DNA of 64,000 nt from the human T2T-CHM13v2.0 reference genome, Homo sapiens (GCF_009914755.1 NC_060931.1), one strand, 5' to 3'; positions 1-32,385 are shown, numbered from the stretch's first letter. Notes: a model not told the origin generated them from the letters alone. A program made the numbers and translations.

Positions 1-2
1 AA

Positions 3-2670
<2,668 letters not shown>

Positions 2671-2714
2671 ATTATTTTTAACACTAGGATTAACTTTAAA
2701 GACAGTAGAGTTAC

Positions 2715-4555
<1,841 letters not shown>

Positions 4556-5589
4556 TTATATTTTAGAACCATAGGCTTTTTTTTTTTTCAAGTCTCAAAC
4601 ATTTTCATAAGCAGCGTGCTATGGTGCTAGTGACTAAAACATTTCTGCCTACAGGGACTGGAAGTAGGAAAACAAGGAGGCAGTGCCAGTGGCGACCAGA
4701 AATTTGCACACCAGGTACAAAGGGTATTTGTCCTCAGCTCCAGCAGAGTTTCTTTTTTTTCTCTGCAACCATGTAAGGTTCTTCTAATGCAAAAGAAAAA
4801 AAAATCTGTCACATCTAAGGACCTTGAAAAGTTTTGTTTCCCTTGAGGAATTTGATATGCTTTTTCCTTATCATTCAGAAACATCAGTGTATAGTATGTT
4901 TTCCCAGTCTGCATTGCGCCCAGTAAGTTTCAAGCCAAAATTTCTGTTTAATTTTGGAACAATAGAAACTCCTGATCGGCACATTAAAAATTTTCTTTGA
5001 TCTTGATCTTCCATACCCGTTGCTGCCTTTTATTTAATTTTACATTTCCTCTTGATTATATATCTTCCAAGCTGATTAAAATTTTCTACTAGCCAAAAGG
5101 AGTTTGAGCGAACAAAAATATTTACAGAGCCATCAGCCATCTATGAGAATACCTTTTTCTTGGCATTCCACACACTGCCAGGTGTTATTTGAAAAGTCTT
5201 TACTGATGTAATAAACCAGAAATGGTTTCTCATTGGGGTTTTATTTTGTATTTCTAAGATTACAGGTGAGAGTGAACATTTTCCCATATTTGTTAACCAG
5301 GTTTAAAACTGTTTGATTGGGACGTGGCTTATACAGGGACAAATGCAGCTAAGCCGACTGAAAGACAAATGAAACCCAGGAATATCTGGTTCTTACATTT
5401 TAGCTTTGACTCCGCCCCTGGGTCCCCTCACCTACCCGGACCCCAAGCAAGCCCTTTGTGTGTGTCAACCATCAGTGAATGGGATCTCAATCTGAAAAGC
5501 TGGCAGAATACCGTCTTGCCCCCAAATATGTGTATTATGCGTATATCCAGTGTCTGATTGCAATGTTTATGGGAAAAAGTTCCTGAATC

Positions 5590-6300
5590 CTAACCAAGAC
5601 TGAGGCACTGGCCGTCCCCGGGAGTCTTTCCGCAGGCGCGGCCTCTGACACTCGGTCTTCGATTGGCCCGCCTGGCCCCGCAGGAGTCGGGGTGACGCCG
5701 GCCAGCCCAGAGCGGACGATGAGAGCTAGGAGTGGCTGCTTCTGCCTTTCTCTCCCCCTACTTTTTTTTTTTTAGCCATAGCTATGGTTACCACGTTTCT
5801 CTCCGCCTCCCGCCACCTACCAAGAAAACGACTGACCATTGGCTGCCTTTCACCAAGGCGGTAAGTCATTGGTCTCTGGTGGGACCGGGCGCTGCCCCCT
5901 TCCCCTGTCTCCTGGGTCTCTGGAGGAGCCCAGGAAGGAGGCTCCGCTGGTTCCGCTGGGTCAGGCGCTGACGGGACCGGGCTGCGGCAATCGTTAGCGG
6001 GTCATGTCGGCCGCCCAGGGCTGGGACAGGAACCGCCGGAGGGGAGGAGGCGCCGCCGGCGCTGGTGGCGGAGGTAGCGGGGCCGGCGGGGGCAGTGGGG
6101 GCAGCGGGGGTCGGGGGACTGGCCAGCTCAACCGCTTCGTGCAACTCTCCGGGCGGCCGCACCTGCCAGGTGAGTCGTGGGACAGGGTCCTGACCGCTTG
6201 CGGGCGGGAAGGTGACTGCTACCTTTTCTTTTTCTCCCTGGCTTGCTTTTCCTTGGGAGGAGGAAAGGCAGGCCCCACGCATAGCAGAGGGACTGGGGAT
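5590..6300. promoter_or_regulatory. CpG-island promoter of KLHDC10
   Basis: Sharp rise in GC and CpG content around exon 1. Inverted CCAAT boxes (ATTGG) at 5662, 5838 and 5868; GC-box-like CCGCCTCCCGCC near 5803; no obvious TATA box. Confidence 0.9.
6004..6169 (+). CDS. KLHDC10: KLHDC10 coding exon 1 (Gly/Ser-rich N-terminus), ends phase 1
   Basis: ATG at 6004 (GTCATGT); donor CAG|GTGAGT at 6169/6170; 166 nt. Confidence 0.96.
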
Positions 6301-8099
6301 CAGAGAAAAGGGAAGGTGTCTTTGAGGTCAGGGAGGGAACAGGAGCACAGCGAAGAAAAGTATCTGTGCTCTGTTGAAAGCTCTGTGCTGAGAGTTGTGT
6401 TTTCTTTTCAAAGGAGAGGCCACTGTCTCATTGACATTTCCAAATGTTTCGGTTACTCGATTCCCAATCTCTTCCCCTTCCGCAGTTTGATCTTGTAAAT
6501 GAAAGACATTGGCGCCTAGCTGTGGGAAATTATTTCAAAAAGGGTGCCAAGTTAAGGAGAGAAGAAGGAAACGCATTCCAAGGAGTGATTTTGTAAAAAC
6601 TACACGGGGCGTGTGTGTAAGAGGCATTCTGAAACGGAAGAAAGGGGTGGGGGAGTGTTGGCTGGGGAGTGTATGGGAAAGAGAACCTAGAGGATTAGGG
6701 AAAACTAGTTGGATTATTAATATTTTGGAATGTTCAGAGACAGGATAATGGTGTCTAGGTTTTAAGGGGAGAAAGTGAAGATCAAAAATATACTTAGTGA
6801 CACAATTATGCTGTGTTTACAATATAAAAACAACTGAGAATTGGAAAAATGTACCCAATACAATTATTTGACATTTTGGTCTACAGTGCCCTAGCCTTGA
6901 GTTCAGATGCTTTTGAAAACAAAATAAAATCAAGTGGATATGTATGTGTAGACAATTTTAAAGAGGTATGTTTGTAATTGAATATTCAATCTAGTAGAAG
7001 GAAGGTAGGGAATTAAATAATGCAGAGAACGTCAAATATCCCACTGGGCAAGCTTATTTTTACTATGAAAAGAACTATCAGGAATGATGTGTTAATTATT
7101 CATCGTGTTTTTTGTGAATAATATTGATTATATTAGTGATATATTTGTTTAGCTGATGAGTTTTGAGAACATGATGAATTGGTTTTTATGAATTGTGCTT
7201 AAGACTGTACCTTATACTTCTAGTCAAAAATTATTATTTGATTAAATTGAAGATGACAAAGGGAATTTAGCACATTTAATGAGACAATTGCTTATGTTCG
7301 TGATGAGGTTGTTGATGTGTGCTAGAAATGTACATTACCCCATTTATATGCATTAAATCGAGGCATTTGTAAGTAGTCATATAATATACCAGAAGTTGGG
7401 TTTGAGACGTTAATATCAGACTGGGCATCCTAGAATTGCTAAATATACGATCTTTAACATGAAAAAGAAAAAAGGAGCAATCTTTTTTCTTACTCCCAAT
7501 TAATAATAAAAACTTAGATTTTTGTGTATTGGCAGCTTAGAAGATGAATCTCTTAGCAAACACTGTCACCAGTTTGCCCTCTACTACCGCAATCTTTAGG
7601 TCTTTGATCACGGATTAATTATACCATGGGCTTCAAGTAGGCATTCCTAGGTTCCTAGAACCTGCTTGGTGCACTTCCTCACTTCAACCACGTGATGGCA
7701 GTGGAAGCCATGATTTCTGCTAAGGGGCTTCAGTGTAGAGCTATTTCTGCATTCCCTTAGCACACAAGACCAAGAACAGCCATTTATCCGGAGGTAAAGA
7801 TAAACGTGTCTAAACTGTGAAAATTTGTAAAGCGGGGTCATCAGTCTCTTTTTTCTGCTTCCCTTTTCTCTTGACTGACACTTCATTGCTCCTTTACTCA
7901 TTCTCAAAATTGGGACACATCTGATACCTCAATGTATTATGTAGTTTGAAATTCTTTCATACCAATTCTTTATTCTGCTAGGTATTGCATTTTAAGCCTC
8001 TCCCTTTTCTTGCATTTTGATAGATTTTAAAAGATTTTAGGTGGTGGGGAGGAATAGGATGTCTAGGCTTGGTTGACGGGCCTTGGAGATAAAACCTTT

Positions 8100-8961
<862 letters not shown>

Positions 8962-8999
8962 AGCCCCATGTTCCATTTTTCATCCTTCTCTACCAAGAC

Positions 9000-9780
9000 T
9001 TCCAGTTACTGATACTTAGAACCTTTTCTTACTTTTTACATCTCAACCCTCCATCCAGCCCCCAATGAAACCAAACAAAACAACCTGGTCTTCCTGGAGT
9101 GTTCTCATTCTCTTTCAGTGATAGCTTCTTTATCCATCCAGTTATGCAAACTTGAAACTTGGTCATCCTCCTCAATATTTTCTTCTCCGTTGCACTTCAG
9201 GTGTAATCATTTACCAAGTCCGTTTCTTTTACTCCTGCCATAACTCCAATCCACGGTGCCACCATCCCTCACTTAGGTCTCCTGCAGGAGCTTTTTAAGC
9301 AGTATTCGTGCTTCTACTCTTGCCCTTCAATTCATATAGCACACCAGTCTTTTTGCAAGCCCAAATACATTCTCATCCCTGCTCACAACCTTTTTATTGC
9401 TCTTAGGATAAGGCAAAAATCTTTAACATGGCCTCAAAGGCACTGTGTCGTCTGACTCCTCTCTAACTCTACAGTTAATCCTGTGTTACGTTCTCTTGGT
9501 CATTGATCTTTTTCTGCCCCCTTGGATGTATCATGCTTCCTCCTGCCCCAGGTCCATTGCACAAGCTTTTCCGTCATCCAAGAACCTTCTTACTCCTCAT
9601 TCCATTCTCTTGTTTTAACTTCTCTTCCATTAGATCTCAGTTTGATCAAAATGTTTTTTTACATGGAAGCCTTCCGTGACTTTCTGACTTGGTCTCTTCT
9701 CTCTGTAACACTCATAGCATCATGTGGCTCTCCTTGGGCATACTTTACCATTTGTGTGTGATTCCTTGATATGCATGATT
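9000..9780 (+). mobile_element. Degenerate L2 fragment
   Basis: Pyrimidine-rich L2-like motifs (ATCCATCCAGTT...GTCATCCT; TTGCTCTTAGGATAA...CTTTAACATGGCC). Confidence 0.6.
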
Positions 9781-9984
9781 TGATACTCTTGAGATGTATG
9801 TGCGTATACATATACACACATATGCGTATATATATGCCATATACATATACATATATTTTTAAAATTCTAAATTAACGCATTGGCATTATATATAACACGT
9901 TAGTGTCTAGTGAGTTTGGTTAGTGTGGTTCAATCCTCTAGCCACATTGACTCTGGATAGATGGTTAAAATCAAGGTTCTCTCT

Positions 9985-10274
9985 CTTTTTTTTTTTTTTT
10001 TTCTGAGATGGAGTCTTGCTCTGTCACCCAGGCTAGAGTGCAGTGGCGCAATGTCACTGCAACCTCTGCCTCCCAGGTTCAAGCAGTTCTCCTGCCTCAG
10101 CCTCCTGAGTAGTTGGGATTATAGGTGCGCGCCACTGTGCTACTTTTTGTATTTTTAGTAGAGACGGGGTTTCATCATGTTGGCCAGGCTGGTCTCGAAC
10201 TCCTGATCTTGTGATCCACCCACCTTGGCCTCCTAAAGTGTTGGGATTACAGGCGTGAGCCACCGTGCCTGGCC
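9985..10274 (-). mobile_element. Alu
   Basis: Alu motifs; TSD-like AAAATCA(A)GGTTCT on both sides. Confidence 0.93.
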
Positions 10275-11339
10275 AAAATCAGGTTCTTTAATGTAAAGTA
10301 GTGGATTAGACTCTGCATCCATTGCGACAGCACAAACAATAGTTTGTGAAACCTTTTTTTAAGCACTTGCCTTTCTCCTGTTTTCTGAAGTTCACTAGTG
10401 ATTATGTGTTTGCCTCATAGGCCAAGAAATTAATAGCTTTTTACTCCTGGATTTTTACTAACTCATAATTTCTATACACCCAGTAACGAACAGGGAATTG
10501 TGCTTTTTGTAGAATAAGTATGCAGAGAGCTCAGGAGCGCGGGGTTCATGGGGCAATGGAATTCAGGTAGCTGTTGTGATTTAACTGTGTGAGTTTGATT
10601 AAATACCATGATTAGCTGGGAAAACAGTTAAACATTGTTGCTAACATGGGAACTGGAAAACTGACAAAGAAAAAGAAGGAAAAATGTAACAGTTGGTAAA
10701 GCTGGGTAAAAATAATACTGTAGTCTTAACTTAAAAATTTTAAGTAAGTAATGTGTATAAAATCCAAATGATACAAAAAAGTATATGGTAAAAGGCAAGT
10801 TTTTCTTCTTCCTTTGACCCCAGCTAATTGACTGCCTTCCCTAGAAGCAACCAATGATACATTTCCTGTATATTTTTTCCAGGTTCAGGGGGGACGGGAG
10901 GGACTTTGTGGAGATGGTAGCATTCCTTTGTTTGGATGGGTATTTAAGATGTTTACAATCTTGCTAATACAAATAGTGATACAATGAATAGCCCTATACA
11001 TATATAACTTTTGCACATGAGAGAGTCTTTCTTTAGGATAAATTTGTAGAAGTACAGTTTCTGGGTCAAAGGATTTATGTTTACTGCTTAAATTTTGATA
11101 GATTCTGTCAAATTTCAAGTTTATGTTTCCCTGTTGTTGTTCGAGTGCTGTCTTCCTTGTTCTTTTGGTAACGGAGTGGGTTATCAAACGTTATTTAAAT
11201 TGTCAGTTTAATAGGAATAGTTTTCTTAAGTGTCTTTCCAATAGGTAGATAAAAGAGCCATTTATTTGTTTCCTTTATCTATAGATCTGTTTATATTTTT
11301 TGTTCATTTTTCTATTGGGATGGTTCATATTGTTTATAA

Positions 11340-11691
11340 AGGCGGTACCCAACCTTTTTGGCACCAGGGACCAGTTTCGTGGAAGACAATTTTTCCATGG
11401 ACCGGGATGGTGGGGTGGAGGAGTGGGGGGAATGGTTTCAGGATGAAACTGTTCCACCTCAGGTCATCAGGCACTAGAGACTCAAAAGGAGTGCACAGCC
11501 TAGATCCCTTGCATGCACAGTTCACCGTAGAGTTAGCACTCCTATGAGAATCTAATGCTTGATCTGACAGGAGGCCAAGCTCTGGCGGGAATGCTCACTC
11601 GCCCACCACTCACCTCCTGCTATGTGGCCAGGTTCCTAACAGGCCATGGACCGGTACCAGGGGTCCATGGCCTGGGGCTTGCGGACCCCTG
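11340..11691. mobile_element. MER1B-like hAT-Charlie DNA transposon
   Basis: Termini GCGGTACCCAACCTTTTTGGCACCAGGGAC...GCGGACCCCTG; 8-bp TSD GTTTATAA / GTTTATAG. Confidence 0.88.
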
Positions 11692-12437
11692 GTTTATAGG
11701 AACTCTGTATTTTAATGAAATCAGTTCTTAGCCATTGACACGTTGCAGATATTTTTCACAGTTTTTCATTTGCGTTTTGACTTTGTTTATGGTCTATTTT
11801 TTCATCAGAAATTAAATGTTTTAAATGTTTTGTTGTGAAATTTATCAGTCTTTTCAGAGTCTAGGTTTTGTGTCATAAGAAAGGCCTTTCCTATTTTATT
11901 ATTATTTCTAATTCAAATTAAATATTCTTGTGTTTTCTCCAGGTACTTCTGTAATTTTATTTTTAAGTTAAATGCACTTACCCACACAAAATGTAAGTTA
12001 AATAAAGTGTCGAGGTGGGAATCCAACTATACTTTTCTTCCAGATGGCTGCCCAGTTATGGCAGTGTCCTTCATTTAGTTCAGCTTTGCCCTGCTGATTG
12101 AAATGTTGTCTATAGGTGTACTTAGTTCCTACAGTTTGAGGTTATTACTGGACTTTTATTCTGTTTCATTGATCAGATTACCTATTTATACCTAATGACT
12201 CTATTCCTTGGTTATCATCTTCCCTCATTCTACTTCCCAGAGTTTTCCTGGGAAGTTTTCTTTGTTTATTTTTCTATATGGCTTAGAATTAGCTAACCAA
12301 GTCCTGCTCCTCTGTCCTGTTGGCATTTTTATTGGTATTGTATTATATTTATAGATTAATTTAGAGATAATTGACATCGTTTTGAGGTTCAAAAACAGGG
12401 TCTATATTCATTTCTTTATGTTCAAGAACAGTATATG

Positions 12438-17755
<5,318 letters not shown>

Positions 17756-17999
17756 CTATATCAACATTTTGATATTTTACTTTCCTTTTAGTTCTTTATC
17801 AAGTGTTCATTTAATACTGTGTAAATAATTACTTATCACCTGTAGGAATTTGGGATTCTCTTAAAACTGTTCTATATTTAAATGTTTTACTCACAAGGCT
17901 TGCTTATGTTTTCTGTTATTTTATTAGGTGGAATCTCTTTCTCCTCAGTTTACCATATGAATAACATTTTAGGTTTTTTCCTAGCTGGTGGCCTATTTT

Positions 18000-20900
<2,901 letters not shown>

Positions 20901-20906
20901 GTTTTA

Positions 20907-21338
<432 letters not shown>

Positions 21339-22369
21339 CTATTTATAACATTGGAAAATATATTAAGAATTTCAAATGACAAACTGATGTAATTACTTAG
21401 AATTTTGAGGTGCAGCCTAATTTTTATTAGCCTGTATATTTTTTAAGGCTTTATTTTCCCCAAATTATTTTTAAGGCCATTCCCTTACTTTTTAAAGTAA
21501 GCAGTCCTTGTCTTCCTCCTACTTTATTGACCTTCTTTGCTTCTTTCCTTTTCACTTTCAATGGTTCTATAGTCTTCTGCCCAATTTTTAAGTGGTTTTG
21601 AACACTCTGTATCATTAGACTTTTACCAGTATCAGTATTGGGCAAGCTTGTAGAACACATAAAGGTTACGCTTACTTAAAATATGTAAGTATGATTTCCT
21701 GTGATTGAATGCATACAGCTTTCCTCCTAAAAGTCTTTTTCATTAATTTTTAAAATGGAAAAACATTACATAAACTTGGTAAAATCAAATCGTATGCAAG
21801 AGGAGAAAGTGTCCCTTTCACCTGAGACCCCTCGTTTTGCAGTCTGTCTCCCTAGCAGTGCCATCTCCCTAGAGTTTCTGGTCTGTCTTTCCAGAAATAG
21901 AATTTGCATATATGTGCATATAGGTGTATGTTATCTTTATATTAAAACAGAGTGCAACAACAAAGTATTCTTTCTGCATCTGTCTTTTTTTTAACTTAAA
22001 AATATATTTTGGGGATTGTTCTGTGTTAGCACATTTAGACTTATCTCATGCTTCTTCATGGCTGAAAGTATTGTGTTGTGTGAATGTGCTGTAATTTACC
22101 AGCCACCCAATTGATGGATATTTAGCTTGTTTCTGGTTTCTGTTATTTAAGAACAATCACTGCAATGTATAATGATAAATATTGCTAATTTGCCTTTTAA
22201 TATCTGTGTTTTTAAAGTTTTCCTCAAGTTGTAGAACTTAAAAACTCACACTTATCCCCTTATTTTACTCCGCTTTCCCATTCAGCTAGTCTTTTACATC
22301 CTTATGTTTTATCCCTATAATAATATTAGCCAGGGATTTATATAAACATTTACTTATAACCCAGTAAGG

Positions 22370-22530
22370 GAACAGATACTATTGCTGTCCCCTTTTTTAT
22401 AGTTAAGGAAGCTGGGGTACCCAGGACAAAACCTTGTCCAAGGACATACAGCTAGCAAGGGACAGAGCTAGGATTTAGACCCAGGCAATGTGGTTCTAAA
22501 GTCCCTGCACCATGCTGCACTCCCCTCTGC
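22370..22530 (-). mobile_element. MIR
   Basis: Antisense MIR core (TTGTCCAAGGACATACAGCTAG...GAGCTAGGATTTAGACCCAGG). Confidence 0.75.
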
Positions 22531-23084
22531 TTCCTGTCCTTCCCAGTTCTTTTTGTTACTAGTACTGTAATTGAGGTCCTCACTGGTGTAAACTGGACTA
22601 CACTAAAAATGTTTTTTTTGCTATTCCTAGTCTTACTTTCCTGACCCATTCTCTATATTTAAACAAGATTAATTTTCCTAATGCACAGCTATGGTTATGT
22701 TGCTTGTCAGATCAGAATCCTTCAGTAGCTTCCTGCTGCATTTAGAATCCAGCCCAATCTCATGCTCTTCCCTTTTATATTTGCTATATTCCATGAATTT
22801 GTTCCAAGCTTTATCTAGGATGTGAGCATTAAAGCGTCATAAGGCATAATAAGACTAGATAGTGAAGTGAAATTAGAAGTATTATGACTCACAAAAAAAT
22901 GAGATAAGTGATCTTTGGAGTTGAATGGTGTTTTTTCTTTTGAGTTTTTTCCCTTTTTACCCATAGTAGCTCCTGCCATATGGTTTCATCAACAAACTGT
23001 CAACTCAATTAATTTCAATCAGATGTGTAATTGATCAAATGCTAACCACAAATATTTTGGTGTCACATAAAACAAATTCCTTAA

Positions 23085-28460
<5,376 letters not shown>

Positions 28461-28574
28461 CTACCATCTTAATTCAGCCAATGACTATGTTATATTTATA
28501 GTGAAGTAAACATAGTAAGAAAGAGAAAAAACTAAAAACTAGCAAAAAATAAAATATTGATGAAGTTATTGAAG

Positions 28575-29603
<1,029 letters not shown>

Positions 29604-29649
29604 CAGTTTGGTAATTTTTAATGTTATTCCCTCAGTGTTACTCCAAAGT

Positions 29650-30350
29650 AGTTTTTAATATTTTTCCATTATAAAATCATATATCGTAGAATTTATGGAT
29701 AACGTAAAAGAGGTAATAATCTCAAGCCCAATCATAACCAGTGTTAAGACTTTGGTATGTTTCTTTCCAGTATTTTTTTCTAATCACTTTTTTAAAAAAT
29801 TAAAATAATACAGTATTATTTTTCTTCCAGTCTAAAAGTAATGCCTACTCAGAGAGCTTGGAAAATAAAGACCATCATAAAGGGGAAAAAACAAAAATAA
29901 TTCATTAGAACCATCCAAAGATAACTACAGTCAAATACATTAATTTGATGTAATCTTTCCTGTATTTTTTCTGAATATATAAAAATACTTTTTTCTTTAC
30001 TAAAATGGTATCATACTTTAATACTATTTTGTACATTGTATTTTTCATTTGCAATATATTGTGAATGTTTTGTCATGTTAATAAATAGTTTTGTATATAC
30101 TCTTCAGTGGTATGTAGAATATGAGCATATTTAAGTATGTTTATTTAGCATACTTAACCATCCCCTATCATTGGACATTGAAAGTGTTTCTAATTTTTTA
30201 CCATTATAAATAATACCATAGTTAATATCTTTGTCCATACATCTTTCCATGCATCTATGATTGTTTCTTTAGGAATAGATTCCTAGAAGTGGAATAGCTG
30301 GGTCAAAGGGTATGTACATTTTAACGCTTTTGATACATAAAAATGTCAAA
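29650..30350 (-). mobile_element. L1ME-like 3' region, antisense
   Basis: TAGATTCCTAGAAGTGGAATAGCTGGGTCAAAGGGTATG motif. Confidence 0.75.
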
Positions 30351-30540
30351 TTTTAAGCTAATCACTTGTTATATTCTGTCTTGTATTGCTAATTGTTTTG
30401 TGTGTCTGTCTTGTCTCCCTAATTAGAATGTAAACTTAAGGGCAAGGGAAGTTTCTTATATATTTAATGTATCCTTTGACAGTGTGGTTTACAATTTTGG
30501 ACTCTGGAGTCATCTCAACACATACTGTATTGATTTAAAA

Positions 30541-30902
30541 CAATGGTTCTCTAAGATTGTTGAATGTCATAAACCTGTACATTAAAAATATATATATACT
30601 TATATTTATCCATATATGTATATTTATAGTAGATATGGGCTTGCAAATTTTCAGTTTTTCCACGAAAAAATATTAAAAAGAAAACCAACTACCATTTTCT
30701 TATCAGCATCATTTCATAAAGTAAAGAATATTTAACAACAAAAAGGTTCTAATCTCTGAAAAAGGAGCAGGCCTTTAAATGGAACATTTTAGCTTTTTGA
30801 AAAACTTATTGCCTTGTCCATATTTTTCTCATTTTATGTTGGACTGGTGAATCTTCACCTTAGCCTAGCAGTGGTCTGTAGACCAGCATTTGAGAATCAT
30901 TG
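30541..30902. mobile_element. Non-autonomous hAT-Charlie (MER5-like TIR) DNA transposon
   Basis: TIRs CAATGGTTCTC / GAGAATCATTG; perfect 8-bp TSD ATTTAAAA (30533-30540, 30903-30910). Confidence 0.85.
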
Positions 30903-31159
30903 ATTTAAAAGACTTAGACTATTAAAAGATAAATCATTTTGCAAAATAAATAATTCTCCTTTTCCATGAGTCTGTATTCTCTACAAAATTAAGTGCAAAT
31001 GTGCAGGTGATGCCATTTCATTATACAGAATCTGTATATCTCTATGTACAAGTTCTGTAGTAAGCAAACTAGACCCTGCTAATGGACATCTGAATATATA
31101 TTTCCAGTTGCCAAAAATAAAAACTGTTCTTTTTCTAGGGAATTTAAGACAGGATAAAA

Positions 31160-31560
31160 TATGGTGTAGTGGGAAGAGGCAAGTTTTTAGAGTCAGAAGG
31201 CCTCACTTGAATCCTGGCTCTGGCATTAAGTCATTTAATTTTCCTTTAGCTTCCTTGCTTGAAAAATTATGATGATACTATCTTCTTCAAAGTATTTTGT
31301 TAGCTCCTGTTACAGCAATTCCTTCACAGTAACGTAATTATTTGTTTACACATCTGCCTTCCTTATGAGACCATGGGCTCTGAAGAGCAGGAATCATGTC
31401 CTTGTTTTGCAATCTCAGGTCCTAGCATAGGGCTCCAGGCATAGCAGATGCTTAATAAAATGATTGTTGAATCAATACAGGATTGTTGTGAGAATTATAT
31501 GAGGTAATATATGTGAAAGCTCTTTGTAAACCCTAAACATTATGCAAGTGTTAATTGTTT
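31160..31560 (+). mobile_element. MIR split by an L2 3'-end fragment (about 31300-31480)
   Basis: MIR motifs (GAGTCAGAAG..TTGAATCCTGGCTCTG; GGATTGTTGTGAGAATTA) flank an L2 tail (CATAGCAGATGCTTAATAAA). Confidence 0.7.
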
Positions 31561-32003
31561 TTATTGTCAATAAGAGCTATATTTGGGAGCGATCAAAACT
31601 TTGGGAAAAGAGATAATTACCCCATAATAGTTCCATTAATTTAATTAGGTTTTTATTCTATTTTATAAGAAAACATATTTTAATTGGGGTTAACATGGAG
31701 GTAATTTGCTTCCTGGGAAGGCAGATGAGCCCCTTCCCTCCCTTCCCCCATGGAAGTGCCAAGATATTAAATGTTTGTTTAATTTGGTTGCTGTTTTAAA
31801 ATTTAATTATAGTAGAGTCAGCTTATTTCGTATTTAAAGAATGGTGCCCATTGCTTTATCTTCTTAACCATATAATTAATATAACCTTGAAGAGAACAGG
31901 AGCCTCTGTTATGTCCAATTAGTTTCAGAGCTCCATTTTGAAATTAACTGACTTAAAAATGTCATCGTTTCTAATCTGTTCATAAAGCTCCTGGTGAATT
32001 TTT

Positions 32004-32018
32004 GCCACAAGATGGCAT
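32004..32018 (+). promoter_or_regulatory. CTCF-like motif overlapping a YY1-like core
   Basis: GCCACAAGATGGCAT fits CCACNAGRKGGCR; motif match only. Confidence 0.5.
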
Positions 32019-32298
32019 TGGTGATTATTGAGTGCACATGCTATTGAACCAGAATTCCCAAAAACGGTGCACAAAATTGTATTCTTTTGGGGGTAAGAGT
32101 TGAAAACCTTCATCACTGCTTATATGTTAATTTAATTTTGACTTCCAAAACAGGGTTAAATGCTACTTTACGTCACTTTCTTTCTGTATTCAAGTATTGT
32201 TTTGTTTCCTGTTTTTCTGTCTTTATAACTACAGTAACTATGTATTATTTGCAATGTGTTGTATGTGTCTGACTTATTGCTGATAATTGTGGTAACAG

Positions 32299-32385
32299 GT
32301 AAGAAGAAAATACGATGGGACCCAGTTAGGAGGCGCTTCATTCAGTCCTGTCCCATCATAAGGATCCCTAACAGGTTTTTGAGAG
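32299..32385 (+). CDS. KLHDC10: KLHDC10 exon 2 (GKKKIRWDPVRRRFIQSCPIIRIPNRFLR), 87 nt, phase 1-1
   Basis: Acceptor TAACAG|GTAAGA, donor GAG|GTGGGT; open and in frame between exons 1 and 3. Not in the ORF track. Confidence 0.92.

Noticed and set aside
5866-6282. 138-aa antisense ORF over exon 1
   Set aside because: Expected in GC-rich, stop-poor sequence; low complexity and no other support.
6170-6498. C-terminal part of the 164-aa ORF 6004..6498
   Set aside because: Read-through into intron 1 past the strong CAG|GTGAGT donor.
7080-7320. Several RTGATGA-like (box C) motifs suggesting an intronic C/D snoRNA
   Set aside because: No properly placed CTGA box D with a terminal stem for the perfect box C copies.
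9794-9837. 44-bp alternating purine-pyrimidine tract as Z-DNA
   Set aside because: Mostly TA steps, which form Z-DNA poorly; ordinary decayed microsatellite.
10860-11950. Pyrimidine tract + CAG|GT sites (about 10882 and 11942) as recursive splice sites
   Set aside because: The regenerated donors (GTTCAG, GTACTT) are weak and lie in T-rich antisense L1.
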